Source of the DNA: a virus
Lineage: Duplodnaviria > Caudoviricetes
IMG/VR virus record: IMGVR_UViG_3300025073_000989
Reading direction: 5' to 3' (one strand)
DNA: 64,000 nucleotides
Positions 39,985 to 49,253 of this stretch are shown here, piece by piece (within the stretch, counting starts at the first letter, position 1; each line of letters opens with the position of its first letter). Below the pieces are notes generated by a model, which was not told the DNA's origin, did no database searches, and saw nothing but the letters and a program-made list of their open reading frames with translations. A program made the translations under genes and the position numbers.

Positions 39985-40338
39985 ATGAAGGCAGCTAAAG
40001 ACCCCTCACTAGTTTAGCCTAAGTGTTACATTCGTACAGCCGATAACACTATATTGGGAGGTATAATCTACAAAGATTACAAAACTGCCGTAGAAGCTTA
40101 CCAAATAGTCAACAACTCGTCATACAAAATAGTTGAAGGCTGTTGTAACCCGCGTACTGATTGTACCGTTATTACTGAAAACATTGTGTCGCACTTTTCA
40201 GCCTGGAAGGCAGCACTAGGTATAGCCTATAACGCAGCCTACGTAAATGATATTGATATAAACAATAAAGCTTACTGGGACCACGAAATAAAGGCTCTTG
40301 AGAAGATATATTGTGCTGCTTGTAGGCTCGGCTTCTAG
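39985..40338 (+). pseudogene. Hypothetical protein with in-frame TAG at codon 11
   Basis: AAAGGAG RBS + ATG 39985 in frame with ORF 40054; TAG at 40015-40017. Confidence 0.55.
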
Positions 40339-40386
40339 AACAAAAAAATCAAGGTGATATAGTCTATCAATAATAGGAGCAATATT

Positions 40387-40587
40387 ATGACAAAATCAAT
40401 AGGCAGATTTAATTACGATATTAAGTACCCAAAAAGAGGAGGCGGCTTCCGTATTATCAAAAGAGGTAAGTGGTATATTAACCAATGTACTCCTGTTGGA
40501 GAGGACGCCGAGCTTTATGAGTGTATGCCTTACGGTGGAAGAAGGCTGTTAGACATAAGCAGAATGATCGAGCTAACAGAAAAGTAA
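40387..40587 (+). CDS. Hypothetical protein
   Basis: AGGAG RBS. Confidence 0.55.
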   Translation: MTKSIGRFNYDIKYPKRGGGFRIIKRGKWYINQCTPVGEDAELYECMPYGGRRLLDISRMIELTEK

Positions 40588-40760
40588 CAAGGAGGGGTTT
40601 TATACAAAGTCGCTGTTTGTAGTGATTGTGGCGGACAATTAGCCATCGTATACTGGAAAAATACAGAAACAGGTAAGATAGAACCTAACTATGGGACTTG
40701 CTTAGTTTGCTTAAAATGTTTTCCAGTGCAATAAACAAAAAATAACAAGGAGATGAATTT

Positions 40761-41021
40761 ATGTTCTGCCCAAATTGTACAGAACCTATGAGAATAGTTA
40801 ACCACAAATTTATATGCAGCAATTGTGGTTTTTCAGAAGAAATTACAGCAACAGCGTCTTCCTGCGTAATTTGTGGCAGAGAAAAGCTAAATGAGCTACT
40901 TGTTGACTTATTCTTCTTAGAGAACTCGCTTGGTCCAGAATACATTACACGTTTTGATAGGGCCTTTATAAAACAAAAAGTACTTGAAAGATGCCCCGAT
41001 TGTATCAGAGCAAATATATAA
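40761..41021 (+). CDS. Zinc-ribbon protein
   Basis: CPNC...CSNC...CVIC...CPDC. Confidence 0.6.
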   Translation: MFCPNCTEPMRIVNHKFICSNCGFSEEITATASSCVICGREKLNELLVDLFFLENSLGPEYITRFDRAFIKQKVLERCPDCIRANI

Positions 41022-41235
41022 AGTAAGCGTCAGGAGATGTCTTACCAAACATGGCAGAGCTCGTTTTATAGAGCGAATAGGTTATATGTCAGATAAGGAA
41101 ATGCTATCTGTAGCCACAATTGGCCTCGTTGGTTACAATTTTATTTGGGCCGCCGACTCGAAAGATAAGCGGTGTTTAAGGTTGGTCACGTTAGTACCTG
41201 TAGACACCTGTCGCAATGAGGCAGAGCAGTTCTAA
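40984..41235 (+). CDS. Hypothetical protein (possibly frameshifted at 3-prime end)
   Basis: ORF; an alternative frame continues NGPLYDLISWFSSFARP after 41233. Confidence 0.4.
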   Translation: MKDAPIVSEQIYKVSVRRCLTKHGRARFIERIGYMSDKEMLSVATIGLVGYNFIWAADSKDKRCLRLVTLVPVDTCRNEAEQF

Positions 41236-41417
41236 ATGGACCGCTCTATGATTTAATATCCTGGTTTTCTTCTTTTGCTAGACCAAAAAGTATAGACAAA
41301 AGAGCTTATAAAACTATACAGCAGTAATTTTGCTGCGCAGCTTTACACCCGGCTAAATTTTTCAATTTAACATGGCCCCGACGGGCTTCGCCCGCCGCTC
41401 CTCCGGTGGCCCGCTCC

Positions 41418-41458
41418 CGGCATACTACTTGCTAGAACACAAAGCAAGTAGTATGCCG
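41418..41458. repeat. Perfect 16-bp inverted repeat in GC-rich intergenic element
   Basis: CGGCATACTACTTGCT - 9 nt - AGCAAGTAGTATGCCG. Confidence 0.9.
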
Positions 41459-41641
41459 TACGCTCCGCCTTCCGTTACTAGTAGGCCTTAGCTTCGTACT
41501 AACCGCCTGTAGGACCAGGACATCACTCGCACCAACTACTTAGCTACGACTAAACAATCTTTTGTTCACGTAACTACACTTTCTTTTTTCCCGTCTTTTG
41601 AACCCCTTTATTACTTCACCTTTATAAGAAGGAGGAAAACA

Positions 41642-41998
41642 ATGCCATTATACACAGCACAATTTCGTTACTCAGGACCGGACAGATTGGACATAACCGT
41701 AAAATCCAGTAATGGGGCATTACGTATTTTCGCACCAACCTGGAAAATGGTTACAGACTACAAGAATCATGGAGATAAATTCTTCTATACAAGTATGTAC
41801 AACAGCCTTTTGTTGGCTGCTATAGAAAAACACAGAAACACATTTCAGCATCTTCACAACAAAGCTACTGAGGGAGATGCTACTTTAGTATGCTATTGTC
41901 CAGCAGAAAACTTCTGTCATCGTTTATTATTGGCAGAGTTTATGTACAAACATTTCGAAACAATATTGGGAGGAGAACGATGTTTAAAGAAACAGTAG
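41642..41998 (+). CDS. DUF488-family protein
   Basis: FAPTWKMV...Y...Y and LVCYC...FCHRLLLA motifs. Confidence 0.75.
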   Translation: MPLYTAQFRYSGPDRLDITVKSSNGALRIFAPTWKMVTDYKNHGDKFFYTSMYNSLLLAAIEKHRNTFQHLHNKATEGDATLVCYCPAENFCHRLLLAEFMYKHFETILGGERCLKKQ

Positions 41999-42201
41999 AC
42001 AAAGAAAACGTATGGCTCGGATTCAAGATAGTAATAGGCCTAATGTTTATAGTAGCGTTGTGGCCTATTATAGTAGCCATACTTACCTTCCTGTTCTGGC
42101 TTATGTTGTATACTATTTTATTTATAGTCATAACAGCAAGTGTTTTAATAGGCATGAGCTGCGTTGGTAAACTCTACCACAAATTAAAAGGAGCATTATG
42201 A
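41980..42201 (+). CDS. Small membrane protein
   Basis: GGAGGAG RBS before ATG 41980; two hydrophobic helices. Confidence 0.55.
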   Translation: MFKETVDKENVWLGFKIVIGLMFIVALWPIIVAILTFLFWLMLYTILFIVITASVLIGMSCVGKLYHKLKGAL

Positions 42202-42752
42202 AAACCATCTGTTTTACTGGACCAAGAAAAATATATGGGAGTTATTCCGGGTCTGAACATACACGGATATATCATAAGTTAATCGAGGTAGTAAAAAGAG
42301 CCTATAAAGGCGGATTCAACCATTTCATTTCCGGCGCCGCTTTGGGTATAGATACCTTAGCGGCAGAGGCGGTTTTGTATTCAATACAAAGCTTGTGGCT
42401 GCCCATAAAGCTCACGGTAGCTTTATCTCACAAGGACCACGGATCAAACTGGCCACGACCATCACAACAAAGACTTAGGTCCATATGCCATAGGACGGCC
42501 GCCACAAAAGGCGAAATTATAACAGTATCAGCAGGACCATTTCACAATGGTGTAGGAAACATAAGGAACTACTGGATGATAGACAGAAGTGACGCAGTAA
42601 TCGCAGTATGGGAAAATCCAAAAAAAGGGGGCACAAAGCACGCAGTAGAATATGCTTTCAAAAAAGGACTACCTATACTCTTGATAGATCCAATAACGCT
42701 GAACGAAATATGGAAACAACAACTCAACCTTAACAAAGGAGCCCGACATTGA
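42198..42752 (+). CDS. SLOG-superfamily (YspA/DUF1273-like) protein
   Basis: ICFTGPR, FISGAALGID..AAE, RN.WMIDRSD.VIAVW, GGTKHAVEYA. Confidence 0.85.
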   Translation: MKTICFTGPRKIYGSYSGSEHTRIYHKLIEVVKRAYKGGFNHFISGAALGIDTLAAEAVLYSIQSLWLPIKLTVALSHKDHGSNWPRPSQQRLRSICHRTAATKGEIITVSAGPFHNGVGNIRNYWMIDRSDAVIAVWENPKKGGTKHAVEYAFKKGLPILLIDPITLNEIWKQQLNLNKGARH

Positions 42753-43183
42753 AAAACTGTAATCTTTTATACGATGTAATCACTGCTCATCTCTTATGGC
42801 TGGAAACAAGCGGTATTTCAGGGAAAAGGGCCGACCTTAAAGGGGCCGATCTTAGAGAGGCCAATCTAGAAGGGGCCGATCTTAGAGAGGCCAACCTTAT
42901 AGGGGCCAACCTGGACTTCTCTTCAGGAATTCCATTTCACTGCGAAGGTACAGGGGCTAAAGGCGATGACCACCTGTTTGCCCAAATGTTGTTCCATTTG
43001 ACCAGGCAGGATTGGTCGACGTGCTCAGAGGAAGTTAAGAAAATAGTTAAATCGATAAACAAAATAAAAAGCAATAACGGAAGAGCAGTTGACCTGTTCT
43101 GTAGATACAGGACGGATGTAGAAACCCAGAACACTTTTTCCCGTCTTTTGAGGACTCAAACAAAGGACCAAATCAAGTCCTAA
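42749..43183 (+). CDS. Pentapeptide-repeat protein, copy B (6 repeats)
   Basis: TTG start; same N- and C-terminal domains as copies A and C. Confidence 0.88.
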   Translation: MKNCNLLYDVITAHLLWLETSGISGKRADLKGADLREANLEGADLREANLIGANLDFSSGIPFHCEGTGAKGDDHLFAQMLFHLTRQDWSTCSEEVKKIVKSINKIKSNNGRAVDLFCRYRTDVETQNTFSRLLRTQTKDQIKS

Positions 43184-43213
43184 CCAAAAAACCTTCATGA
43201 AGGAGACAACGAA

Positions 43214-44824
43214 ATGACTGAAGTAATTGAAGCTGAAGCAGCAGAAATACAAAAAGTGCCTGAGCAAGCACCAGAACCCACAGTTAACAAATGGTTTCCT
43301 GAATGCCAAGTTGCTATGTTCAGTACGCAACTGATAAGCTTAAAGCTGCTTAACATTTTCAGGTACATTCTCAACACACACAACGAACATGGGATAAACT
43401 CCGTAGTATTCAATACGAATATCCCAAGAAATGGCCTGGCTAACTTTGATCTGGAAACCAAGGCAATGGCAATAAACGTGGATGAACACGTGAAACTGGC
43501 TGGGAAGAAAATAACAGAATCTATACTGATGATGGAGATGGGCGCATCTGTCCAATCCTCTATGATCGCAACGTTTCTTCACGAACTTTATCACGCCGAA
43601 AAATATATGGACGCTGATGACCCATACAGCATCGATCACGACAAAGAAGACGAGGCCGCCGAGCATTTTGCCTGGTCAGAATTAATGGACCTGGCCGAGC
43701 ATATCAATATTGAACCGGCAGCAACCGGGGAAGAAAGTACATTCCTCCTATCTGCCATAACCATGTTTGAGCAAACACTCAATGCTCAAGAAAACGCAGA
43801 CGAAGACTGGTGCAAAGTATACCAGATAATAATCGACGAAAAACTGGTATACATGGACAGCGAAAAGAAACTGAGCAGCCTGCGCAACTTCTTCAGACGA
43901 GTAGTTACCGGTGAAGGAAAAGACGATAACTGGCCTGATGATGTCAGAGAAATAACCGAATCGATGTTCTCGGTACCTGACATCAATAAACCGGCCAAGA
44001 ATAATATAACCTTGGCAATGCCGACAATCGCTTCAACTGAATTACTACCGTCAGTGCCTGTAGTCACGGTACCAATAGCTACGCTGACAGAAACTACCTC
44101 AGAAATCACAACTCTTGATTATACCAACTACGTCGATTACGGAGACGATACTCCGACACATCAAGCATACCACAACGAATGCGGTCAAAGCGCAATTCCG
44201 GCAATGCTGGCTCAGCCTGCTCAAATATCCAACCCAGCCGCAGCACCAATACAAAACACAAACGTGCTGATAGCCGGACATACTTTGGCCGAATGGACAA
44301 ATTGTTTAGCTGAAGTATGTAAAAGGATGACCAGCACATTCTTCAACCAATGTGGGTTCAATCCAGGCATCGACAACGATCAGGGGTTCACCCAGCCGTC
44401 CAGCGTGTATGCCCCCATAGGTATTGCAGATATACCACTGGCAAAAGAATTACTGATTGAATATATTACCCATGATTCGGCCGGCAACAGAATACGAGTC
44501 GACATATGGAATCCGACTATGGCCGGCGTAAACCCTGGTGAAATCCGCGGTATAGTGTGGGATAAATCTCAAACAAACAGGACCTCGGACTTCCCACTTC
44601 CAGGTTATGATTTCTTCCTCAATTCAGCAGTAGTAGGTGAACATTGCCGAAGAACCTTGGCACCGCAAAACTGTAACAAACGCGGGACAAATGGTCAACT
44701 GAAAGCCTGGGCAAAACAAGCCAGGGCAGGAAAGAAGCTGGCAATGTTATTCAACGATAAAGTAGAGCAGAAAATCAGAATGATTATCGAAGACGGCGAA
44801 GTAAAAGTAAATCCGTTCGGGTAG
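43214..44824 (+). CDS. Multidomain protein with N-terminal HExxH (zincin-like) domain
   Basis: FLHELYHAE followed by E.AAE; T/P-rich linker; unknown C-terminal domain. Confidence 0.6.
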   Translation: MTEVIEAEAAEIQKVPEQAPEPTVNKWFPECQVAMFSTQLISLKLLNIFRYILNTHNEHGINSVVFNTNIPRNGLANFDLETKAMAINVDEHVKLAGKKITESILMMEMGASVQSSMIATFLHELYHAEKYMDADDPYSIDHDKEDEAAEHFAWSELMDLAEHINIEPAATGEESTFLLSAITMFEQTLNAQENADEDWCKVYQIIIDEKLVYMDSEKKLSSLRNFFRRVVTGEGKDDNWPDDVREITESMFSVPDINKPAKNNITLAMPTIASTELLPSVPVVTVPIATLTETTSEITTLDYTNYVDYGDDTPTHQAYHNECGQSAIPAMLAQPAQISNPAAAPIQNTNVLIAGHTLAEWTNCLAEVCKRMTSTFFNQCGFNPGIDNDQGFTQPSSVYAPIGIADIPLAKELLIEYITHDSAGNRIRVDIWNPTMAGVNPGEIRGIVWDKSQTNRTSDFPLPGYDFFLNSAVVGEHCRRTLAPQNCNKRGTNGQLKAWAKQARAGKKLAMLFNDKVEQKIRMIIEDGEVKVNPFG

Positions 44825-44829
44825 CGATC

Positions 44830-45105
44830 ATGCTACCTATAACGGGATGGGTCTTCAAAATAGAAGGAGATAAAGTAGTTGTCAGAACAAAAGTAGGCAA
44901 CTTCCTAACAGCTCCAACAAAAACAATACTGGAGGAAGACAAAAATCTTCCGTACGGAACAAAAATACGGATAAACTTTAACCACAAATCAAACAAAATA
45001 AAAAACATAAAAAAAATGACAACACCAATAAAAGGGACCGTGGTTAAGGCCACGTGTTCTATGACAACAATAATATTAGGGGAGGATAATATAGAAAAAC
45101 TATAG
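44830..45105 (+). CDS. Hypothetical protein
   Basis: ORF in operon. Confidence 0.5.
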   Translation: MLPITGWVFKIEGDKVVVRTKVGNFLTAPTKTILEEDKNLPYGTKIRINFNHKSNKIKNIKKMTTPIKGTVVKATCSMTTIILGEDNIEKL

Positions 45106-45183
45106 GACTAAAAGATTTTTTACCGACTTTTTGAAAACCAACTGAAAGGCCTCACTATTAACAATCCACAAGGAGATCACAAA

Positions 45184-46032
45184 ATGTCGAAAAAAAGTAT
45201 GGAACTAGTAACTCTAGCAGGCTGTCGTGTGGCCAAACGTCTGGATGAGCGCTTTCCGGGCATCTCATTTTCAGGAATCTACTACCCGGCGGAAGCAAAC
45301 GGTACATCAGCACGATTCGAGACCACCGTGGTGATTAATCGCGGTGACTATACCGACGCCACCGGCAAACGTGTAGAACGCGATCCCGATTACGCACGTC
45401 TGGTATTCTGGAACGGACGCGGCGCCGCTGCCGGCAAGGGTCTGGCAGATATCGCAGCAAAATGCCTGAGTCCCGGAAAAGAGATTTCCGTTATGGGAAA
45501 TGTCCACTCCTATATGGGAAGAGTGTTTTTCAAAGGCCAGCCCATGAATTTCCCCGATGGTACACCAATCGAAATCCAGAAAAATTCAATCACAATCATT
45601 CCGGGCAGCCTTCTACTCGGCGCCGACTCGGAAAAACAGGAAGACTTCGAAATCGCCAACTGGAATCGCCAGCCAGGCATATTCAGCTTCTTTGCACGAC
45701 CGGCCGGATGGGCCACACGCGGAACCCAGGATAACCAAACCTGGCAGGCCATTTCAGCCCAAAGAATGGCCACCGTCTACAACGGCGGAGATCACTACGG
45801 CTATGCCCTAATTCGCCGAAATCAAGCCAAAGCGGCGCCGCCCATCGTCGATATGAATACCCTGTCACCGCACGGCGTGGCTGCAGCAACAACACCGGTA
45901 TACACAGTACCCGGTCCAATATACCCAACCACAAGTAATGTACAGACTACCATTCCCTCCGCAGTAGCAGCAGGCCAACCGATCCCTGGAACGGTAGGTC
46001 AAGCAATCTACGCCGGCCAAGTACCTTTCTAA
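45184..46032 (+). CDS. Divergent SSB-like OB-fold protein
   Basis: VTLAG...YTDATGKRVERDPDYARLVFWNG...LADIAAKCLSPGKEISVMGNVHSY matches the SSB strand pattern; P/A/Q/T-rich tail ending QVPF. Confidence 0.7.
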   Translation: MSKKSMELVTLAGCRVAKRLDERFPGISFSGIYYPAEANGTSARFETTVVINRGDYTDATGKRVERDPDYARLVFWNGRGAAAGKGLADIAAKCLSPGKEISVMGNVHSYMGRVFFKGQPMNFPDGTPIEIQKNSITIIPGSLLLGADSEKQEDFEIANWNRQPGIFSFFARPAGWATRGTQDNQTWQAISAQRMATVYNGGDHYGYALIRRNQAKAAPPIVDMNTLSPHGVAAATTPVYTVPGPIYPTTSNVQTTIPSAVAAGQPIPGTVGQAIYAGQVPF

Positions 46033-46053
46033 CGTAAGAGCAACATCAAGCAG

Positions 46054-46096
46054 AAAAATATGGGCAGGGGAGAAATCCTCTGCCCATATTTTTTTA
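46054..46096 (+). terminator. Rho-independent terminator ending the GC-rich early operon
   Basis: AAAAATATGGGCAG/CTGCCCATATTTTT stem plus T-run. Confidence 0.85.
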
Positions 46097-46559
46097 TAAA
46101 ATACGTTAGGAATAAGCATATGATACTACATATAAGCTATAACTCCCAAAAAAATTTACAAATAAAAATAACTACAATACAATTATACTTATTTATGAAC
46201 CGGCCAAAATTATTATATCGTACAAATTATCAACCAAGGGCAAAAATATCTCTAATGAACCGAACCTAAAATTGTATCTGAGATTAAAGGAAAATACATA
46301 ATGGAAAAATATATCTGCGGAACAAGTAGACGTACTTGTAAAATTCTGACAGGAATCCTTTTGATATTAATTTTAGCTGCTGCTGTTTTACCTTTATCAA
46401 CAATAATTATATTTTTTTTGAATAAATGCTAATTTATATATAAGTATATAGGTTAGTTTAATAATACAATTAAAATAGAATAAAAGTTTATACTTGCATG
46501 GGAAGAAAAGTATACTTCATATTCAGAAATAGTTTATATTGTTATAATTAATTTTTTGA

Positions 46560-47108
46560 TTATTCTTCCTCCTCCACTGCGTATTGTATACCTTTTCGAA
46601 TTAATAGTCTAAATGCTGCTGATTTAGATATATTTTCTTTTTCAGCATATACAGCTATTGCATTTAATTCATATTCACTTAATCTAACAGACATTAACTG
46701 TTTTTGTTCTTTTTTTATTACAACAGTCTCTGCAGTTTCATCTTTTATTATAATTTTGTCATTATATTTATATTTGTTGGGCTTAGCCTGCCAATTAGCA
46801 TCTCCAGGCTTTTCTACTTTATTTCTACCGCGCTTAAACATAGCATGTGTATTTTCCATAAAAGTTCCTAAATATAAATGATCTGGGTTTACACAACCAG
46901 GAGTAGCACACTTATGTAATACACATTTTCCTTCTGGAACATCTCCTACAAGTAATAGATAACTTGCTTTATGTGCATTTACTACTTTACTATTTAATCT
47001 AAATGAACCATAACGTTTAGCATTACTCCATAACCAGCACCCACTATCCATAATAGTAAACTTACCAAAGAAACACTTCAATGCCCTTTCTTTTTCTTCC
47101 TTTTCCAT
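46560..47108 (-). CDS. HNH endonuclease fused to C-terminal ribbon-helix-helix domain
   Basis: CWLW...AHKASY...VLHKCATPGCVNPDHL.LGT..EN; C-terminal QLMSVRLSEYELNAI..YAEKENISKSAAFRLLIRKGI (RHH pattern). Confidence 0.8.
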   Translation of the reverse strand: MEKEEKERALKCFFGKFTIMDSGCWLWSNAKRYGSFRLNSKVVNAHKASYLLLVGDVPEGKCVLHKCATPGCVNPDHLYLGTFMENTHAMFKRGRNKVEKPGDANWQAKPNKYKYNDKIIIKDETAETVVIKKEQKQLMSVRLSEYELNAIAVYAEKENISKSAAFRLLIRKGIQYAVEEEE

Positions 47109-47129
47109 TTTGTAGTACCCCCCCCCTAC

Positions 47130-47555
47130 TTAAAAAACGTAATACAAAAATTAGTTATACCCCATCTACAAAATGTAGAAGGTATTAAAAAACGTAATAC
47201 AAAAATTAGTTATACCCCATCTACAAAATGTAGAAGGTATTAAAAAACGTAATACAAAAATTAGTTATACCCCATCTACAAAATGTAGAAGGTATTAAAA
47301 AACGTAATACAAAAATTAGTTATACCCCATCTACAAAATGTAGAAGGTATTAAAAAACGTAATACAAAAATTAGTTATACCCCATCTACAAAATGTAGAA
47401 GGTATTAAAAAACGTAATACAAAAATTAGTTATACCCCATCTACAAAATGTAGAAGGTATTAAAAAACGTAATACAAAAATTAGTTATACCCCATCTACA
47501 AAATGTAGAAGGTATTAAAAAACGTAATACAAAAATTAGTTATACCCCATCTACA
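47130..47555. repeat. 55-bp perfect tandem array x7.7 with internal hairpin
   Basis: TTAAAAAACGTAATACAAAAATTAGTTATACCCCATCTACAAAATGTAGAAGGTA, units start 47130, 47185...47515; each has a TCTACA-AAA-TGTAGA dyad. Confidence 0.97.
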
Positions 47556-47870
47556 TTTTATTTAATTATATTTTATCTAATTTGTAGGATACCTATAATA
47601 TAATCATTTGTATTACAAAAACAAGCCTCCTACAAAAATAAATTATATAGTCTATATCTACCTTATTATAGAGCTAAATCACTGAATATGGTTCATATAG
47701 CCTATTTTCTATAACAAAATTAATAAATTGAATAACAAAGGGGTATAAAAATTAATAAAAAGAAGAATAAACTATGGGTATTGTATACTACTATATTAAA
47801 GCATCTAAACCCAATTTTACTCGCCGGCTAAAAGATAACTATATTAATAACTTATGTGAGGGACTAATCT

Positions 47871-48074
47871 ATGAGTAGAATATACAAAATGATTATAAGA
47901 AAATGCATGGACTGCCCAAGTTGTACGGATATAATAAATAAACCGTTCTGGAAAACGCCTTCTTCGAATTGGTGTTCTTTATCAAAAAGAAGCATATTCA
48001 ATATACAATCTTTTCCTGACTAGTGTAGCCTAGAAAAAGCAGTTTTCGATGAAAGAGCCAAAGCACGAAAATAA
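47871..48074 (+). pseudogene. Cys-rich protein with in-frame TAG at a Trp position
   Basis: MSRIYKMIIRKCMDCPSC...QSFPD*CSLEKA...; TAG 48021-48023 falls in the common phage motif PDWCPL; GAGGG RBS. Confidence 0.7.
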
Positions 48075-48142
48075 TTATATTTGCATAGGGGTATTTTCGA
48101 TACCTAGTCTAATAAAATCAAATACTTACGAAGGATAAAATT

Positions 48143-48376
48143 ATGTCTTATTTAGAGAGTCTATATACACATTGGTACTTATCTTATTCCCTGTTAACTT
48201 TATTATTTGGTATTATTACTATAGTATTGTTTATGTTTTATACAACAGATGCAAAACGCTACTATAGTATATCGAATTCGACAAAAGAAGACCTATACCA
48301 AATAGTAACGGTCTTTTTAGTTTTACTTATTGTCTATATTATTTTTCCTGATCCAAGAGTATTGTTTCCTGATTAA
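48143..48376 (+). CDS. Two-TM membrane protein
   Basis: Two hydrophobic helices; AAGGA RBS. Confidence 0.55.
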   Translation: MSYLESLYTHWYLSYSLLTLLFGIITIVLFMFYTTDAKRYYSISNSTKEDLYQIVTVFLVLLIVYIIFPDPRVLFPD

Positions 48377-48456
48377 ACTATTGATATGGTTATACTACTT
48401 TATGGTAGATGGTATGGTAGACTATGCTATTTCTATGCTAGAAAATATAGAACAGT

Positions 48457-48500
48457 GTCGATCGAAATTTCGATCGACGAGTAAAGTGTCTTCGATCGAC
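48457..48500. repeat. Perfect 22-bp palindrome plus a repeated half-site
   Basis: GTCGATCGAAATTTCGATCGAC (48457-48478); TTCGATCGAC again at 48491-48500. Confidence 0.92.
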
Positions 48501-48540
48501 TACTAGGGATATTGTAATACAAAATGTAATACATAAATAA

Positions 48541-48690
48541 GTATAGTATAGTATACCGCAATATAGTATACCGCAATATAGTATAGTATAGTAAAACAGT
48601 AATATACCGCAGTGTAGTAAACCGCAATATAGTATACAGTTATACAAGAGTATAGTATAAAGTAGTATACCGTAGTATAGTATAATATAT
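48541..48690. repeat. Low-complexity TATAG/ACCGCA repeat tract
   Basis: TATAGTATACCGCAA x2 (48547-48576), four ACCGCA, many TATAG units. Confidence 0.8.
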
Positions 48691-48975
48691 AATAAATCTA
48701 TAGTCTAGTAAATCAATCACATAATAAAATTAATAAGCATCAGTCTTGTCCTTTTTATAGTGATACTGGACTTAGTTGTAGTTCACCTGTTGGTAGTAGT
48801 AAGTTTGCTAATCCTTATGTTGATACAGTACCTTTAGGTTGTCTTTTACTTGATGAATGAGTATTAATCAAAGTTAAAAATTATGCCAACTAATCTTTTT
48901 AGCCCGGCAGAAAAATTTGATATAAAGAGTATAAATACTTATTATTAAACATTAAATTATAAGGAGTATATTCTA

Positions 48976-49188
48976 ATGAAGTACTCTAAAAGAGTTTTAC
49001 TAGCAATTGAAGTACCTGAAGGAAATTTATGTTTTGGAAATGGACGTTGTTGCCAGTATTTTAATAATGAAGGAGATCATCCTGACTGTAAATTAAATTT
49101 AGATAGTAAAGAGAGTTTAAGCATAAATGAAGCTGGTGAAGTTAATAAGCCTGAAGTATGTAGAAAGCTATATGAATACATAGTATAA
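48976..49188 (+). CDS. Cys-rich hypothetical protein
   Basis: AAGGAG RBS; flanked by imperfect ~46-bp direct repeats. Confidence 0.6.
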   Translation: MKYSKRVLLAIEVPEGNLCFGNGRCCQYFNNEGDHPDCKLNLDSKESLSINEAGEVNKPEVCRKLYEYIV

Positions 49189-49253
49189 TAAAAATTATGC
49201 TAAATAATTCTTTTCGCGCGGGATGAAAAATTTAATCAAATGAAGGAGTTATT

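Noticed and set aside
47130-47555. Bona fide CRISPR array
   Set aside because: All units are identical (no unique spacers) and there are no cas genes in the window; kept only as a possible repeat mimic
48433-48647. ORFs on both strands of the TATAG repeat tract
   Set aside because: Artefacts of low-complexity repeats (YTIL/RYTIL translations)
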